The notes: generated from the sequence alone by a model not told the origin. DNA of 64,000 nucleotides from Nibricoccus sp. (GCA_047602425.1 JASGHG010000001.1:1376001-1440000); one strand, 5' to 3'. Numbered from the stretch's first letter, positions 1-11,404 are shown. A program made the numbers and translations.

Positions 1-190
1 CGACACGCTCTGGGCTCAGGCCAAACGCACCTTGTCGGAACGCGAGTACGAAGTCCTCTGGCTGCGCTACGCCGAGGACATGTCGCTCGAAGAAACCGCC
101 AAAATCGTGGGCCTTACCCAGACTCACACCAAGATCATCGCCTTCCGCGCCCGCCAGCGCCTCATCAAACTTCAATCACCCTCCTCATGA
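1..190 (+). CDS. ECF RNA polymerase sigma factor, C-terminal region 4 (partial, runs off left edge)
   Basis: Frame from nt 2 reads DTLWAQAKRTLSEREYEVLWLRYAEDMSLEETAKIVGLTQTHTKIIAFRARQRL, typical of sigma region 4.2. Its stop overlaps the next ATG (ATGA at 187-190). Confidence 0.8.
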   Translation, partial: DTLWAQAKRTLSEREYEVLWLRYAEDMSLEETAKIVGLTQTHTKIIAFRARQRLIKLQSPSS

Positions 191-792
191 GCTCCCACGG
201 AAAAATCCGCCTCGCCTGCCGCATCATACGCATCCGTGACGCAATGACCGGCTCCCGCGCCGGCCACGTCGCACACTGCGCCGATTGCCAGGCCTACTAT
301 CGCACCGCCGAGTCGCTCTCCGACCAGCTCCGCGCCACCGCGCCACGCCCGTCCCAGCCCGTGCCCGACGAACTCGCCGCCCGCATCGCGCGCGCCGTGC
401 GCCAATCGACTCCCACCGCGCGCGCCCCGCGCCGCACCCGCGCATTTGAGACTTTCGCCATTCTTGGCGCCGCCGCCGCGGTCTTCGCCTTTGCGTTCTA
501 TCTGGTTCGTCAAAACGTAATCGCGCCCCGCGCCCATAAAACCGAATCAATTGCCAGTACCAACGCAGCCGACTTCACCGCCCTGGTTGCCGGTGTCGAT
601 TCGTTGCGCAGCCGGTTGCTCGACTCCGTCGAACCCGCCGCCGAGACCCTCGCCGAACAAAACCCGCTCAGCCGGGAAATTGCTTCCGTGCAGGCCGATG
701 CCCGTTCCGCCCTCGGCTTCCTCGCCTTGAACTTCCTCCCGGCCGATTCCGCCCAACAGCTCGAAGCCCGTATCGATCCGTCGCGCAGCTGA
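187..792 (+). CDS. Putative zinc-binding anti-sigma factor (ZAS type), single TM
   Basis: HxxxCxxC motif (HVAHCADC), one hydrophobic helix (FAILGAAAAVFAFAFYLV), translationally coupled to the ECF sigma. Confidence 0.7.
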   Translation: MSSHGKIRLACRIIRIRDAMTGSRAGHVAHCADCQAYYRTAESLSDQLRATAPRPSQPVPDELAARIARAVRQSTPTARAPRRTRAFETFAILGAAAAVFAFAFYLVRQNVIAPRAHKTESIASTNAADFTALVAGVDSLRSRLLDSVEPAAETLAEQNPLSREIASVQADARSALGFLALNFLPADSAQQLEARIDPSRS

Positions 793-913
793 CATCGCCA
801 AAGACAGAACCGCTTTTTGCAACCGAACTAACTTCCGCATTTACAAGATCGTAAACATCAACAACCTCACCTGTTCCAGTTTCTGATTTTCATCAATTCA
901 TACCGGGAACGAC

Positions 914-3900
914 GTGGGGAATGCGCTTAATTTAGTGCAAATCGCCGACTCCGCTGCGCAAGCCGCGGAGGTGATTCACGTTTTCGAGAAGACGGGCTTC
1001 TCGTTGCAGGCCAAGCTGTTCACCACGCCCGCCTCCTTGGATGGGGCCTTGAATGGGCAACCGAACCAGCTGGTTATCGTCCATATTTCAAATTCATCGA
1101 AAGACGTGCCAGCGACGCTGGAGGCGCTTCAACGTCACGCACACAAGGTGCCCTGTATCATCGTTTCTGATACAATCGATCAGTTCGCAATAGACTGCAT
1201 GAAAGCGGGTGCGCGCGACTGTATTGTCCGCGGCGATACAGTGCGCCTGCAAGAGGCGGCGAGAAATATTTTCCAGCCCGTCGACAACCACGGCGAAACG
1301 CTGCAAGCATTGCGCGAAAGCGAGGAAAAGTTTTCCCGCGTTTTCCATATAAGCCCCGATCCGATCACCATAACGCGGCTCGCCGACGGCGTTTATCTCG
1401 ACGTCAATGCCGGTTTCACTCAAATCCTTGGTTATGCCCGTGAAGAGGTCGTGGGAAAACGCTCGGCAGCCGGCAAGCAGGGCATCTGGGTCAACCTGGC
1501 GGATCGCGACCGGTTGATCGAAGGATTAAAATCCAAAGGTGAAGTCGTTGGATTGGAGGCTCCCTTCCGCACCAAGAATGGGTCCGTGGTCGTGGACCTG
1601 CTCTCCGCCCGCGTGGTGAAATTAGGCGGCGTCGATTGCATCCTCGCGTTCACCCGCGACATCACGGAACGGCGGCGAGCCGACCGCGCCATCAAAGAGA
1701 GTGAAGCGCGTTACCGCGGTCTTTTCGACCACATGGTCGAAGGTTTCGCCTATTGCCGGATGATTTACGACGACGGTATTACGGACTTCGTCTATCTCGC
1801 GGTAAACCCAGCTTTTTCAGAACTCACGGGGCTTCGGGATGTCATCGGCAAACGCGTCTCGGAAGTCATCCCCGGCATTCAGCAACGAGATCCCGGGTTA
1901 TTCGAAATCTACGGTCGGGTCGCCCGGACCGGCAGTCACGAAAAGTTTGAAATCTACGTGGAGGCTCTCGGCGATTGGTACGCCGTCTCCGTCTACGGAA
2001 CGGGCAACAGTTGTTTTGTGGCCATGTTCAGCGTCATCACTGATCGAAAGAGGGCTGAGCAACAACGCGACGCGACCATCCGCTTATTGCGTCTCTGTAA
2101 CCGGGCCCCTGATCTAAAAGGTCTGTCCCGCGAGATCACGCTTTTCTTCAAGCAACTCGCCAATTGCGAAGCCGTCGGTCTGCGCCTCCGCGATGGGCCG
2201 GATTTCCCGTACTTTGAAACCCACGGTTTCTCGAACGAGTTTGTGCAGGCCGAAAAGTTTCTTTGCACTTACCAGTGCGGCGGCGAACCCGCCTGTGATG
2301 ACGCCGGCAATCCCCTGCTAGCCTGCATGTGCGGCAACGTCCTGCAAGGCCGCATCGATCCCACCAAACCGTTTTTCACCCAATACGGCAGTTTCTGGAC
2401 CAACAGCACCACCGAACTAATTGCCACCACCACAGAAAAGGAACGCCAGACCAAGGCCCGGGGACGCTGCACTGGCGAAGGCTACGAATCCATCGCGCTG
2501 GTCCCCCTGCGCAGTGGACGTGGCACGCTCGGCCTGCTCCAGCTCAACGACCGTCAAAAAGGCCGCTTCAATCCCGATCTCATAAAATTGATTGAGTCGT
2601 TGGCAGGCTATTTGACCGTTGCGCTTGAAAAACTTCAATCGGACCAAGCTCTCCGCTCGAGCGAAGAACACCTGCGCCAAGTCCTGGCCACCGCCGAGGC
2701 AGGTTACTGTTTCATCGACAACGAAGGCATTTACCGTCGCGTCAATGAAGCGTTCGTGCGCATGCATGGTTACTCGCACGCCGACGAGTTGCTGGGACAA
2801 CATTTCAGCGTCACCCAGGTCGAATCCGAAAAACCCGCAGCCGAACAGTTCGCGCGGAAACTGCTCGCAGGCGGCACGATCGCGGGCGCTGAATTTAGTC
2901 GGCGCCAGAAGGATGGTTCGACTGCCTTTCACTCGTTTTCCGCGCATGCCGTGCGCGAACACAACCGTGTCGTCGGGCTCGAGGCCTTCCTCATCGATAC
3001 CACCCGATTGCACACGGTGAACCAGCAGTACCAAATGCTGTTCGAGCAGATGCTCGACGGTTTCGTGCTGCATGAAATGATCTACGACCCCGAAGGCGAG
3101 CCGGTTGACTATCGTTTCCTCGCGATGAATCCCGCCTTCGAGCAGATGACCGGCATGAAGGCTTCCCTTTGCAAAGGGCACACCGCCCGCGAAGTGTTAC
3201 CCGGTTTGGAAAGCAAGTGGCTCAAAACCTACCACGACGTGGTGAAGACCGGCGAGGCGCGACGCTTCGAGGATTTTTCCCGCGAGCTCAACAAGCATTT
3301 TGAAATCGTAGCGTTCAGCCCGGCCCACGACCAATTCGCCTGCCTCGTACGCGACATTTCCAATCGCAAGCAACTCGAGTTGCAACTGGTGCACTCGCAA
3401 AAAATGGAAGCCGTCGGCCAGCTCGCCGGCGGCGTCGCCCACGATTTCAATAATTTTCTCGCGGCAATCATGATGCACTTGAGCTTGTTGCAGCGCACGC
3501 CAGGCACAGGCGGCGAGGTACGGGAGTCGCTCAAGGAACTGGAAGCCGAAGCGCGACGAGCCGCCGGCCTCACGCGGCAACTACTGATGTTCAGCCGGCG
3601 ACAGGTCATGCAGCTCAATCCCACCGATCTCAACGACCTGCTCACCCATTTGCTGAAGATGCTCCGCCGTCTTATCGGCGAACACATCCGACTTATTTTC
3701 TCCAGCGAGGCCGCCCCGCTTTGGGCTGAGGCTGATCCCGGCATGATCGAGCAGGTTATTATGAACCTGTGCGTCAATGCTCGCGACGCCATGCCCCGCG
3801 GCGGCGATCTCAGAATCGAGGCCGCCTCGCTCCACCTCGGCGCGACCGAACATCTCGGCGATACTGAAAACCGCGCGGGCAATTTCATCTGCCTCACGGT

Positions 3901-4546
3901 CGCCGACAATGGCGTCGGCATGAGTCAGGACACGCTGGCCCGCATTTTCGAACCTTTCTTTACCACCAAGGAACCTGGCAAGGGCACGGGCCTGGGCCTT
4001 GCGACGGTTTATAGCATCGTCAAGCAGCACAAAGGATGGATCAACGTGAGCAGTGTGCTGGGACAGGGCTCGGCTTTTCGTATTTTTCTTCCGGCCATCG
4101 CAGCGCCCTCGGCCCACAGTCATTCTGCCACTCAAAGTCCCATTCAGGGCGGATCGGAAGGAATCCTTGTCGTCGAGGACGATGCTGGTTTCCGCAACCT
4201 CGTCGGTATGAGCCTCAAGGTCCTCGGGTACCGCGTGTTCGAAGCCGTTAATGCCCGCGAAGCTCGGGCCATTTGGGAGGCCCACCAAGCCGATATCGGC
4301 CTGCTCTTCGCGGACGTTGTTCTGCCCGGCGGTATGAACGGCTTGGAGCTTGGCCAGCAGTTGCGCACCGCCAAACCAACCTTGCGGATGATCGTAACCA
4401 CCGGATATCTTGGAGACAGTATTAAACCGGAGCAGTTGGAGGCCGAAAGTATAGTATTCCTACCCAAACCCTTTACCGCCGAAGCTCTCGCCAACGCCGT
4501 GCGCGAGTGTCTCGATCATCCGCCCATCGCCCCTGACGCCTCATGA
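914..4546 (+). CDS. Hybrid sensor histidine kinase (pseudo-REC, PAS x2, Cys-rich GAF, PAS x2, HisKA/HATPase, REC)
   Basis: H-box LAGGVAHDFNN, N-box NLCVNARDAM, G boxes DNGVGM / FFTTKEPGKGTGLGL, several RDIT-type PAS ends, C-terminal receiver (VVEDD...FADVVLPGG...KPF). Confidence 0.92.
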   Translation: MGNALNLVQIADSAAQAAEVIHVFEKTGFSLQAKLFTTPASLDGALNGQPNQLVIVHISNSSKDVPATLEALQRHAHKVPCIIVSDTIDQFAIDCMKAGARDCIVRGDTVRLQEAARNIFQPVDNHGETLQALRESEEKFSRVFHISPDPITITRLADGVYLDVNAGFTQILGYAREEVVGKRSAAGKQGIWVNLADRDRLIEGLKSKGEVVGLEAPFRTKNGSVVVDLLSARVVKLGGVDCILAFTRDITERRRADRAIKESEARYRGLFDHMVEGFAYCRMIYDDGITDFVYLAVNPAFSELTGLRDVIGKRVSEVIPGIQQRDPGLFEIYGRVARTGSHEKFEIYVEALGDWYAVSVYGTGNSCFVAMFSVITDRKRAEQQRDATIRLLRLCNRAPDLKGLSREITLFFKQLANCEAVGLRLRDGPDFPYFETHGFSNEFVQAEKFLCTYQCGGEPACDDAGNPLLACMCGNVLQGRIDPTKPFFTQYGSFWTNSTTELIATTTEKERQTKARGRCTGEGYESIALVPLRSGRGTLGLLQLNDRQKGRFNPDLIKLIESLAGYLTVALEKLQSDQALRSSEEHLRQVLATAEAGYCFIDNEGIYRRVNEAFVRMHGYSHADELLGQHFSVTQVESEKPAAEQFARKLLAGGTIAGAEFSRRQKDGSTAFHSFSAHAVREHNRVVGLEAFLIDTTRLHTVNQQYQMLFEQMLDGFVLHEMIYDPEGEPVDYRFLAMNPAFEQMTGMKASLCKGHTAREVLPGLESKWLKTYHDVVKTGEARRFEDFSRELNKHFEIVAFSPAHDQFACLVRDISNRKQLELQLVHSQKMEAVGQLAGGVAHDFNNFLAAIMMHLSLLQRTPGTGGEVRESLKELEAEARRAAGLTRQLLMFSRRQVMQLNPTDLNDLLTHLLKMLRRLIGEHIRLIFSSEAAPLWAEADPGMIEQVIMNLCVNARDAMPRGGDLRIEAASLHLGATEHLGDTENRAGNFICLTVADNGVGMSQDTLARIFEPFFTTKEPGKGTGLGLATVYSIVKQHKGWINVSSVLGQGSAFRIFLPAIAAPSAHSHSATQSPIQGGSEGILVVEDDAGFRNLVGMSLKVLGYRVFEAVNAREARAIWEAHQADIGLLFADVVLPGGMNGLELGQQLRTAKPTLRMIVTTGYLGDSIKPEQLEAESIVFLPKPFTAEALANAVRECLDHPPIAPDAS

Positions 4547-5196
4547 CCCTGACCCCCTCGACCAAAATCCTCCTCGTCGACGACCACGTTCTCGTACGCC
4601 ACGGCATAAGATTGATTCTCCAAAATGAACCCGGTTTTGAAGTCGTCGGAGAAGCCACCGATGAAAACGAAGCGTTGAAAAAAGCCGTAGAGCTCCTTCC
4701 CGACGTCATCGTGATGGATCTCGACCTCGCCGGCATCAACGGCCTCAACGTCTCCCGTCAAATCCTGGACGCCCAGCCCAAAACGAAAATCGTCGTACTC
4801 TCCGCCGAAAGCTCGGCTGAAACCGCGCAACGAGCCCTGCAAGCAGGAGTCTTGGGCTACGTCATAAAAGGTTCCTCCAACGAAGAACTCGTCCGCGCCA
4901 TCCATACTGTCGCCAGCGGCCGCTGCTATCTTTGCCCGGAAATCACCACGGCCTTGATCCGGACGCAGACTCTTAAACCAACGTCTACCGACACGCCGCC
5001 GCTTCTCACCGATCGCGACCGCGAGCTCATGCGCCTCGTCGCCGCCGGTCTGCGCAACAAGGAGATCGCCGAGAAATTTTCCCTCAGCATCAAAGCCATC
5101 GAAGCGACTCGCTCGAAGTTGATGCACAAGCTCGGCTGCAATAGCGCCGCGGAACTCGTGCGTTACGCCGTCCGCGAAGGCATCGCAAAACTTTAG
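4543..5196 (+). CDS. NarL/FixJ-family response regulator (REC + LuxR HTH)
   Basis: LLVDDH...VMDLDL receiver; LTDRDRELMRLVAAGLRNKEIA HTH; 4-bp overlap with the kinase. Confidence 0.93.
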   Translation: MTLTPSTKILLVDDHVLVRHGIRLILQNEPGFEVVGEATDENEALKKAVELLPDVIVMDLDLAGINGLNVSRQILDAQPKTKIVVLSAESSAETAQRALQAGVLGYVIKGSSNEELVRAIHTVASGRCYLCPEITTALIRTQTLKPTSTDTPPLLTDRDRELMRLVAAGLRNKEIAEKFSLSIKAIEATRSKLMHKLGCNSAAELVRYAVREGIAKL

Positions 5197-5508
5197 GCCG
5201 AATAGCCGCAATAGCGGCCGCGTAAAGTTCTGGCCGGATTCGGCTTAAACCCAAAAAAAGGGTAAACCCAAATGCGTGCGCGGGTTTGCAGGGACCACCG
5301 CGGGGTTTCTTCACGTTCAGGGCAAACGCCTTCAAGCCGATTACTTCCACTATTCGTAGAAGTCGTCCGCAGCTCTTCTGACTTTGGAAGATCCTAGCGA
5401 GCGGGTCCAGCTCCACGAAAAAACATACGCGCCGGCGAGAACTCAAATAACAAAACCATCATCCTGATCTAATTTTTCCGCTCCGCGTCTGAAAAAATTC
5501 CATCATCC

Positions 5509-6189
5509 ATGAAAATCGGTTCGCTGCCTCCCGTACTCACTCCCGTCGCCCTGCTTTTCGTGCTCGCCATCGGCGCCCTCGCGGCGGATCCCGTGCACAA
5601 AGACCCCGCGCCAGTTTCACCGGACACCGGCCTTGCACGTCTTACAGAAGGCAATAAACGGTTCGTCGCCGGTACCCCCGCCCGCAATACCCCCACCGCG
5701 CAGCAGTGGGCCGAACTTGCCAAGGGCCAGCATCCTTTCGCCATCGTGCTCACCTGTGCCGACTCGCGCCTTTCCCCCGAACTAATCTTCGACCAAGGAC
5801 TCGGCGACCTCTTCGTCCTGCGCAACGCCGGCAACCTCGCCGATCCCCACGTCCTCGGTAGCATGGAATACGCCGTCGAGCACCTCGGCTGCCGGCTCAT
5901 CATCGTGCTCGGCCACACCAAATGCGGCGCCGTCACCGCCGCCGTCTCCGGTGGCGAAGCCCCCGGCCATATTAAGGACATCGTCGACGACATCATTCCC
6001 GCCGCGAGCATGGCCAAAAAGAAACCGGGCGATCCGGTCGAAAACGCCGTGCGCATTAACACCAAGTTCACCGCCAACGCCATTTCCCAGGCCGAACCAA
6101 TCCTCGGCCACGCCGTGAAAGCCGGCCAGCTCAAGGTCGTTTCCGCCCGCTACGACATCTCCACCGGCGCCGTGGAGTTCCTCCAATAA
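5509..6189 (+). CDS. Beta-class carbonic anhydrase with N-terminal signal peptide
   Basis: Zn ligands CADSR and HTKCG; LGSMEYAVEHL; hydrophobic signal ending ALA-AD. Confidence 0.92.
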   Translation: MKIGSLPPVLTPVALLFVLAIGALAADPVHKDPAPVSPDTGLARLTEGNKRFVAGTPARNTPTAQQWAELAKGQHPFAIVLTCADSRLSPELIFDQGLGDLFVLRNAGNLADPHVLGSMEYAVEHLGCRLIIVLGHTKCGAVTAAVSGGEAPGHIKDIVDDIIPAASMAKKKPGDPVENAVRINTKFTANAISQAEPILGHAVKAGQLKVVSARYDISTGAVEFLQ

Positions 6190-6225
6190 CCACTCTCAAC
6201 CGCTACAGCTTCAAAAAATTCCGCC

Positions 6226-8415
6226 ATGTTCAACAACCTAAAGCTCGCCGCAAAACTCAACGGCTCGTTCATCGCCGTCGCCAGCCTCACTCTTATCCTG
6301 GGTGGTCTGGCGATTTTCAACATGCTCAAGGTCAAGTCCGTCGCCACGGTCCTGGCTCAGCAAAAGGTGCCCGCCGTCGGCATCGCCAATGAGGTCGAGC
6401 GCGACACCCAGGCGGCGATGCTGCAAATCCGCACGTATGGTTTGATCGAAGATATGGCCGCTCTCGAGAAGGGCCGCGAAAATCTCACACAGGTGAAGAA
6501 GGATCTGAAAGAGGCCTCCGCTCACGCTGAGAAATATGATCTCAAGGTCTTGCGCGCCAACGCGCAAATCGCCGGTGAAAAGGCCGCGGCCTACGAAGGT
6601 TTGATCTCAGAAACCGTCAAGGTCACCGACGAATTGCGTCAGGACAGAGAGGAAATGAACGCGGCCGCTGCTCTCTACATGAAGTCCTGCGACGATTTTC
6701 TCGAAAATCAGATGAAAGCACTCGACGCCGATCTTTCCTCGCTCGTCGGCGAAAAAATCACTGAGGAAAAAGTCAGGGAGCGCATCAAAAAAACCGCCCT
6801 CGTTAACGACATCATCGATATCGGCAATGAAGTTCGCATCGACGTTTGGAAAGCCGTCGCGAACCGCAATCCCGCACTTTTCAGGGAAACGATGAAGCGC
6901 TTCCCCGAAATCCACGCCAAGTTGGACGAACTGAAAACCATCACGCACCGGGAAGTGGATCTCAAGGAGATCGCTGAATGCCGCAAAGCCGGCGACGCGT
7001 ACCTTCAAGGCATGACCGACTTCCTCGCCAACTGGTTGGCGCGCGAAGAGCTCAGCAAAAAACGCGGCATCGTCGCCGACGAAGTACTCAAAGCCGCACA
7101 AGACACCGCGCGCTACAACATGCAGGCCACTGAGGAATCCGCGACCCACGCCGCCAACTCGCTCGCCACCGCCTCCACCGTCCTGATCGTTGGCTGTATC
7201 ATCTGTTTCGCTCTCGCCCTGAGTCTTGGAATTATCATCACCCGCATGATCACCAAGCCCGTGCATAATCTCGTCACCGGCCTGGGCCAGATCGCCATTG
7301 GTGACCTCACCGCCCGGGTCGAAGTTACCTCTGGCGACGAGATCGGCAACCTCTCCGCCGCAGCCAACAAGATGGCCGAGGCCCTCGATGCCAAAGCCAA
7401 ACTCGCTTTGCAAATCGGCGAAGGCGATCTGCGTCATGACGTCACGCTCGCCTCCGAAAAAGACACCCTCGGCATCGCCCTCAAGAAAATGGTCGCCAAT
7501 CTCCGCGACGTCGTTGGCAATGTTCGCTCCGCAGCCGAAAACGTCGCCTCCGGCTCCGAGGAAATCACCGGCACCGCTCAAACCCTTTCCACGGGCGCCT
7601 CCGAACAGGCGGCCAGCGTCGAGGAAGTTTCCGCTTCCATGGAAGAATCCACCGCCTCGATCCAGCAGAACACCGAGAACGCGCGCCAAACCGACAAAAT
7701 CTCCACCAAAGCCGCGCAAGATGCCCAGGGCGCCGGCCAGTCAGTCGGCCAGACGGTGCAGGCGATGAAGGATATCGCTCAGAAAATTTCCATCATCGAG
7801 GAAATCGCCCGCCAAACCGATCTGCTCGCCCTCAACGCCGCGATCGAAGCGGCCCGCGCCGGCGAACATGGCAAGGGCTTCGCGGTGGTCGCCTCCGAAG
7901 TGCGCAAGCTCGCAGAGCGCTCGCAAAAAGCCGCCGGCGAAATTTCCAAGCTCTCCAGCTCTTCCGTCGAAATTGCGGAATCCGCTGGCCAGATGCTCGA
8001 CAAACTCGTGCCCGACATCCGCAAGACCGCCGATCTCGTCAAGGAAATCGCCTCCGGCTCGGAAGAGCAAAACACCGGTGCCTCCCAAATCAACAAGGCC
8101 ATTCAGGAGCTCGACAAGGTCATTCAGCAAAATGCCTCCGCCTCCGAGGAAATGGCCGCCTCCGCCGAGGAACTCGCCTCCCAAGCCGAACAACTCCAAA
8201 GCGCCATTGAATTCTTCAAGGTCTCCGACGAGGGCACCCGCGCCGTCGCCACCAAACGCAAGGTCGCCAAAGCCCAGGCCGCGCAAAAAGCTTCGCATCA
8301 TCTCTCGCATTCGCTCGCCAAAAAACCGGCGGACGAAAACGGCCACGGCGTCATGATCGAGCTCGACAAACCCGACCTGCCGCCGGTCGACGAGGGCGAC
8401 TTCCAGCGCTACTAA
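6226..8415 (+). CDS. Methyl-accepting chemotaxis protein with large helical periplasmic domain and HAMP
   Basis: Two TM helices; signalling tip [37 protein letters not shown]. Confidence 0.95.
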   Translation: MFNNLKLAAKLNGSFIAVASLTLILGGLAIFNMLKVKSVATVLAQQKVPAVGIANEVERDTQAAMLQIRTYGLIEDMAALEKGRENLTQVKKDLKEASAHAEKYDLKVLRANAQIAGEKAAAYEGLISETVKVTDELRQDREEMNAAAALYMKSCDDFLENQMKALDADLSSLVGEKITEEKVRERIKKTALVNDIIDIGNEVRIDVWKAVANRNPALFRETMKRFPEIHAKLDELKTITHREVDLKEIAECRKAGDAYLQGMTDFLANWLAREELSKKRGIVADEVLKAAQDTARYNMQATEESATHAANSLATASTVLIVGCIICFALALSLGIIITRMITKPVHNLVTGLGQIAIGDLTARVEVTSGDEIGNLSAAANKMAEALDAKAKLALQIGEGDLRHDVTLASEKDTLGIALKKMVANLRDVVGNVRSAAENVASGSEEITGTAQTLSTGASEQAASVEEVSASMEESTASIQQNTENARQTDKISTKAAQDAQGAGQSVGQTVQAMKDIAQKISIIEEIARQTDLLALNAAIEAARAGEHGKGFAVVASEVRKLAERSQKAAGEISKLSSSSVEIAESAGQMLDKLVPDIRKTADLVKEIASGSEEQNTGASQINKAIQELDKVIQQNASASEEMAASAEELASQAEQLQSAIEFFKVSDEGTRAVATKRKVAKAQAAQKASHHLSHSLAKKPADENGHGVMIELDKPDLPPVDEGDFQRY

Positions 8416-8435
8416 ACCTCCGCCCAGCAAAACCT

Positions 8436-8933
8436 ATGAGTACCGCTAAAATCACCGAAACCGCGCGCTACCTCACCTTCCGCTTGGGCGACGAGGTCTT
8501 TGCGATCAACGTCTTCAAGGCCCGCGAAGTGCTCGATCTCTCGCACATTACTCGCGTGCCCACGGCGCCCGGCTACCTCCGCGGTGTCGTCAATGTTCGC
8601 GGCAACGCCATCCCGGTCGTCGATCTTCGCAACAAGTTCGGTCTTCCGCAGACCGCCGACACCTTGCACACCCGAATCATTGTCATGGACCTCCAAATGG
8701 ACGGCCAGACCGTGGTGGTAGGCGGTCTCGCCGACGCCGTGCACGAGGTGCTCGAGCTCGAACCGCAGGACATAAACGATCCGCCGTCGCTCGGCATGCG
8801 CTGGCGCACCGATCTCATTGTGGGTCTCGGCCGTCGTGACGACAACTTCATCATCATTCTCGATATTGAACGGGTGTTCTCAACGGAGGAACTTTCTAAC
8901 TTAATTCAAGAGCCAAGCGCCGCCACCGTCTAG
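8436..8933 (+). CDS. cheW: Chemotaxis coupling protein CheW
   Basis: YLTFRLGDEVFAI...GVVNVRGNAIPVVDLR. Confidence 0.95.
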   Translation: MSTAKITETARYLTFRLGDEVFAINVFKAREVLDLSHITRVPTAPGYLRGVVNVRGNAIPVVDLRNKFGLPQTADTLHTRIIVMDLQMDGQTVVVGGLADAVHEVLELEPQDINDPPSLGMRWRTDLIVGLGRRDDNFIIILDIERVFSTEELSNLIQEPSAATV

Positions 8934-8965
8934 TGCCCCGGCGCAGCCTTTGGGGAAGGCTGCAC

Positions 8966-9817
8966 ATGCACCAAGCTGAACTCACCAATCAACAGTTCGA
9001 GGATTTCCGCTCTCTCATCTCGGACCGGCTCGGCATAAAAATGCCTCCGGCCAAGCGGACGATGCTTCAAAGCCGTCTGCTCCGCCGCGCCCACGAACTC
9101 GGCCTGCAAAACGTGCAGGCTTACCACTCCCGGTTTTTCTCCGATCCCAATGAGCAGCAGGAGGAACTGGAGCATCTGCTCAACCTGGCGACGACGAACA
9201 AGACCGACTTTTTCCGCGAGCCCGATCACTTCGACTTTCTCGCACAACAGGCGCTGCCAGCTTGGCGGGCCCGCTCCCCCGGCGGACCGTTCAAGGTCTG
9301 GTGCGCCGGTTGTGCGACAGGCGAGGAGGCTTATACCCTCGCAATGGTGCTCAAGGAGCAACAGGCCCGTGGCGTATTCGAGTTTTCGATACTGGCGACC
9401 GACGTCTCTACTCGCGTTCTCCAAAAGGCGATGGATGCCACCTACGACGAGGAGCATGCCCTGCCTATCCCCGTGCCGCTGCGCAAAAAATATCTGCTGC
9501 GCGGTCGCAAGGACAGCGACGGTCTCGTCAAGATCGCGCCCGAGGTTCGCCAGCATGTTCGCTTCGGCCATCTCAATTTCCTCTCACCGCACTACGGCAT
9601 CCGTGAAAAGTTCGATGTCATTTTCTTTCGCAATGTCATGATCTATTTCGATCGCCCCACCCAGCGGGAGATCGTGGGGAAAATGTGCCAGCTCATGCCG
9701 CTTGGCGGCTGGCTCTTCACCGCCCACGCCGAGACTTTGCACGGCCTCGACCTGCCGATCGATCCCGTCGCCGCCGCCGTCTACGTCCGCACGAAAGGAG
9801 CGCCTTCCGTCGCATGA
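8966..9817 (+). CDS. cheR: Chemotaxis methyltransferase CheR
   Basis: TTNKTDFFRE, WCAGCATGEEAYTLAM, FFRNVMIYFD. Start set at ATG 8966. Confidence 0.93.
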   Translation: MHQAELTNQQFEDFRSLISDRLGIKMPPAKRTMLQSRLLRRAHELGLQNVQAYHSRFFSDPNEQQEELEHLLNLATTNKTDFFREPDHFDFLAQQALPAWRARSPGGPFKVWCAGCATGEEAYTLAMVLKEQQARGVFEFSILATDVSTRVLQKAMDATYDEEHALPIPVPLRKKYLLRGRKDSDGLVKIAPEVRQHVRFGHLNFLSPHYGIREKFDVIFFRNVMIYFDRPTQREIVGKMCQLMPLGGWLFTAHAETLHGLDLPIDPVAAAVYVRTKGAPSVA

Positions 9818-10335
9818 GCAAGCTTCGTCCAGGCAATCCTCGGCATACTCCACGACTGCTTCCTCCGTCGGTCGGAAGCGAAATTCGCGAGGAAACAATC
9901 TGGGCGGGCGATATCCTCGTATCGAAAGAACAAATACGCATGACGACGGTGCTTGGTTCATGCGTGACGGTCTGCCTCTTCGACAGTCTGCATTGTTACG
10001 GCGGCATGAACCACTACCTGCTTCCCTCGCCCGGCTCCGATGGCCGCCACGGGGAATGGTCGATTCGCGAACTCCACCAGCGCATGCTCAATCTCGGCAG
10101 CCGCCCGCGAAATCTCCAGGCCAAGGTCTTCGGCGGCGGCAGCCCGCTCGCCTTTGTCAATGAAAGTTCCGGCGTCGGTCCCGACAACGCTCGCGTCGCG
10201 GGCGAAACCCTCGCCGATTTGAAAATTCCCGTCGTCAGCGAATGTGTCGGCGGGAATTCGGGTATGCGCATCTATTTCGAAAATTGGAGCGGGCTCGTCC
10301 TCGTTCGTTCGCACCGGGAGGGGCGGTCCTTATGA
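9814..10335 (+). CDS. cheD: Chemoreceptor glutamine deamidase CheD
   Basis: [30 protein letters not shown] overlaps the cheR stop. Confidence 0.92.
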   Translation: MSKLRPGNPRHTPRLLPPSVGSEIREETIWAGDILVSKEQIRMTTVLGSCVTVCLFDSLHCYGGMNHYLLPSPGSDGRHGEWSIRELHQRMLNLGSRPRNLQAKVFGGGSPLAFVNESSGVGPDNARVAGETLADLKIPVVSECVGGNSGMRIYFENWSGLVLVRSHREGRSL

Positions 10336-11390
10336 GCGATGCGATAAAAGTTTTGATCGTCGACGATTCCGCCGTCGTCCGCCAGACACTGAGCGACATC
10401 CTTGGCACCGATCCTGAGATCGCCGTCCTCGGCGCGGCTGGCGATCCTTACCAGGCGGTAGAACTAATGAAGGCGCAGCGCCCCGATGTCATTGTCCTCG
10501 ATATCGAGATGCCCCGCATGGACGGCCTCACCTTTCTGCAAAAGATCATGGAGCAGCACCCGATCCCCGTGATCATCTGCTCCACGCTGGCCATGGCGGG
10601 CGCTCCCGCCGCCTTGCGCGCTCTCGAACTTGGCGCGGTCGATGTCATCACCAAACCCAATCTTGGCACCCAGGAATTCCTGCTAGAATCGCGCATCACC
10701 ATCTGCGACGCCGTCAAGGCCGCTTCCCACGTGCCGGTTCACCGCCTCCAACCCAAGGCCGAGCGAAAACTTTCCGCCGATGCCGTCCTCGCCAAGGCAG
10801 GTTCCCGCCCGTCCTTCGAGACCACGCAAAAAATCTGCGTCGTCGGCGCCTCCACCGGCGGCACCGAGGCCCTCGCGGAATTTCTCACTGACCTGCCAAT
10901 GAATGCCCCGGGAGTTGTCGTCGTGCAGCATATGCCCGAACAATTCACCCGCACCTTTGCCGAGCGTCTTGATTCGCTTTGCCGCATCAGCGTCAAAGAG
11001 GCAGAGACAAACGACGTCGTTTCTCCCGGCTGCGCCCTGATCGCGCCAGGTGGCAAGCACACTCTCGTCAAACGCTCCGGCGCCCGGTACTACGTCGAAG
11101 TACGCGATGGCCCGCTCGTCAGCCGTCATCGGCCTTCCGTCGACGTCCTTTTCCGCTCCGCCGCCCGATATGTCGGCCACAACGCCGTCGCCGTTATCCT
11201 CACCGGCATGGGCAACGATGGTGCCGCCGGCATGAAGGAACTCCACGAAACCGGAGCCCGCACTATCGCCCAGGACGAAGCCACCTGCGTCGTTTTCGGC
11301 ATGCCCAAGGAGGCCATCCGCCTTGGCGGTGTCGACCAGACCCTCCCCCTTGGACAAATCGCACCCGCCGTCATGAAATACAGCCGCTAG
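10332..11390 (+). CDS. cheB: Chemotaxis methylesterase CheB (REC + esterase)
   Basis: [39 protein letters not shown]. Confidence 0.96.
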   Translation: MSDAIKVLIVDDSAVVRQTLSDILGTDPEIAVLGAAGDPYQAVELMKAQRPDVIVLDIEMPRMDGLTFLQKIMEQHPIPVIICSTLAMAGAPAALRALELGAVDVITKPNLGTQEFLLESRITICDAVKAASHVPVHRLQPKAERKLSADAVLAKAGSRPSFETTQKICVVGASTGGTEALAEFLTDLPMNAPGVVVVQHMPEQFTRTFAERLDSLCRISVKEAETNDVVSPGCALIAPGGKHTLVKRSGARYYVEVRDGPLVSRHRPSVDVLFRSAARYVGHNAVAVILTGMGNDGAAGMKELHETGARTIAQDEATCVVFGMPKEAIRLGGVDQTLPLGQIAPAVMKYSR

Positions 11391-11404
11391 CAACAACCAA
11401 TATC

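Noticed and set aside
5197..5508. Possible c-di-GMP riboswitch upstream of the CA/chemotaxis operon (GGCAAAC present)
   Set aside because: The GAAA-loop P2 stem and downstream GCAAAG/P3 elements are not discernible; an Rfam scan would be needed.
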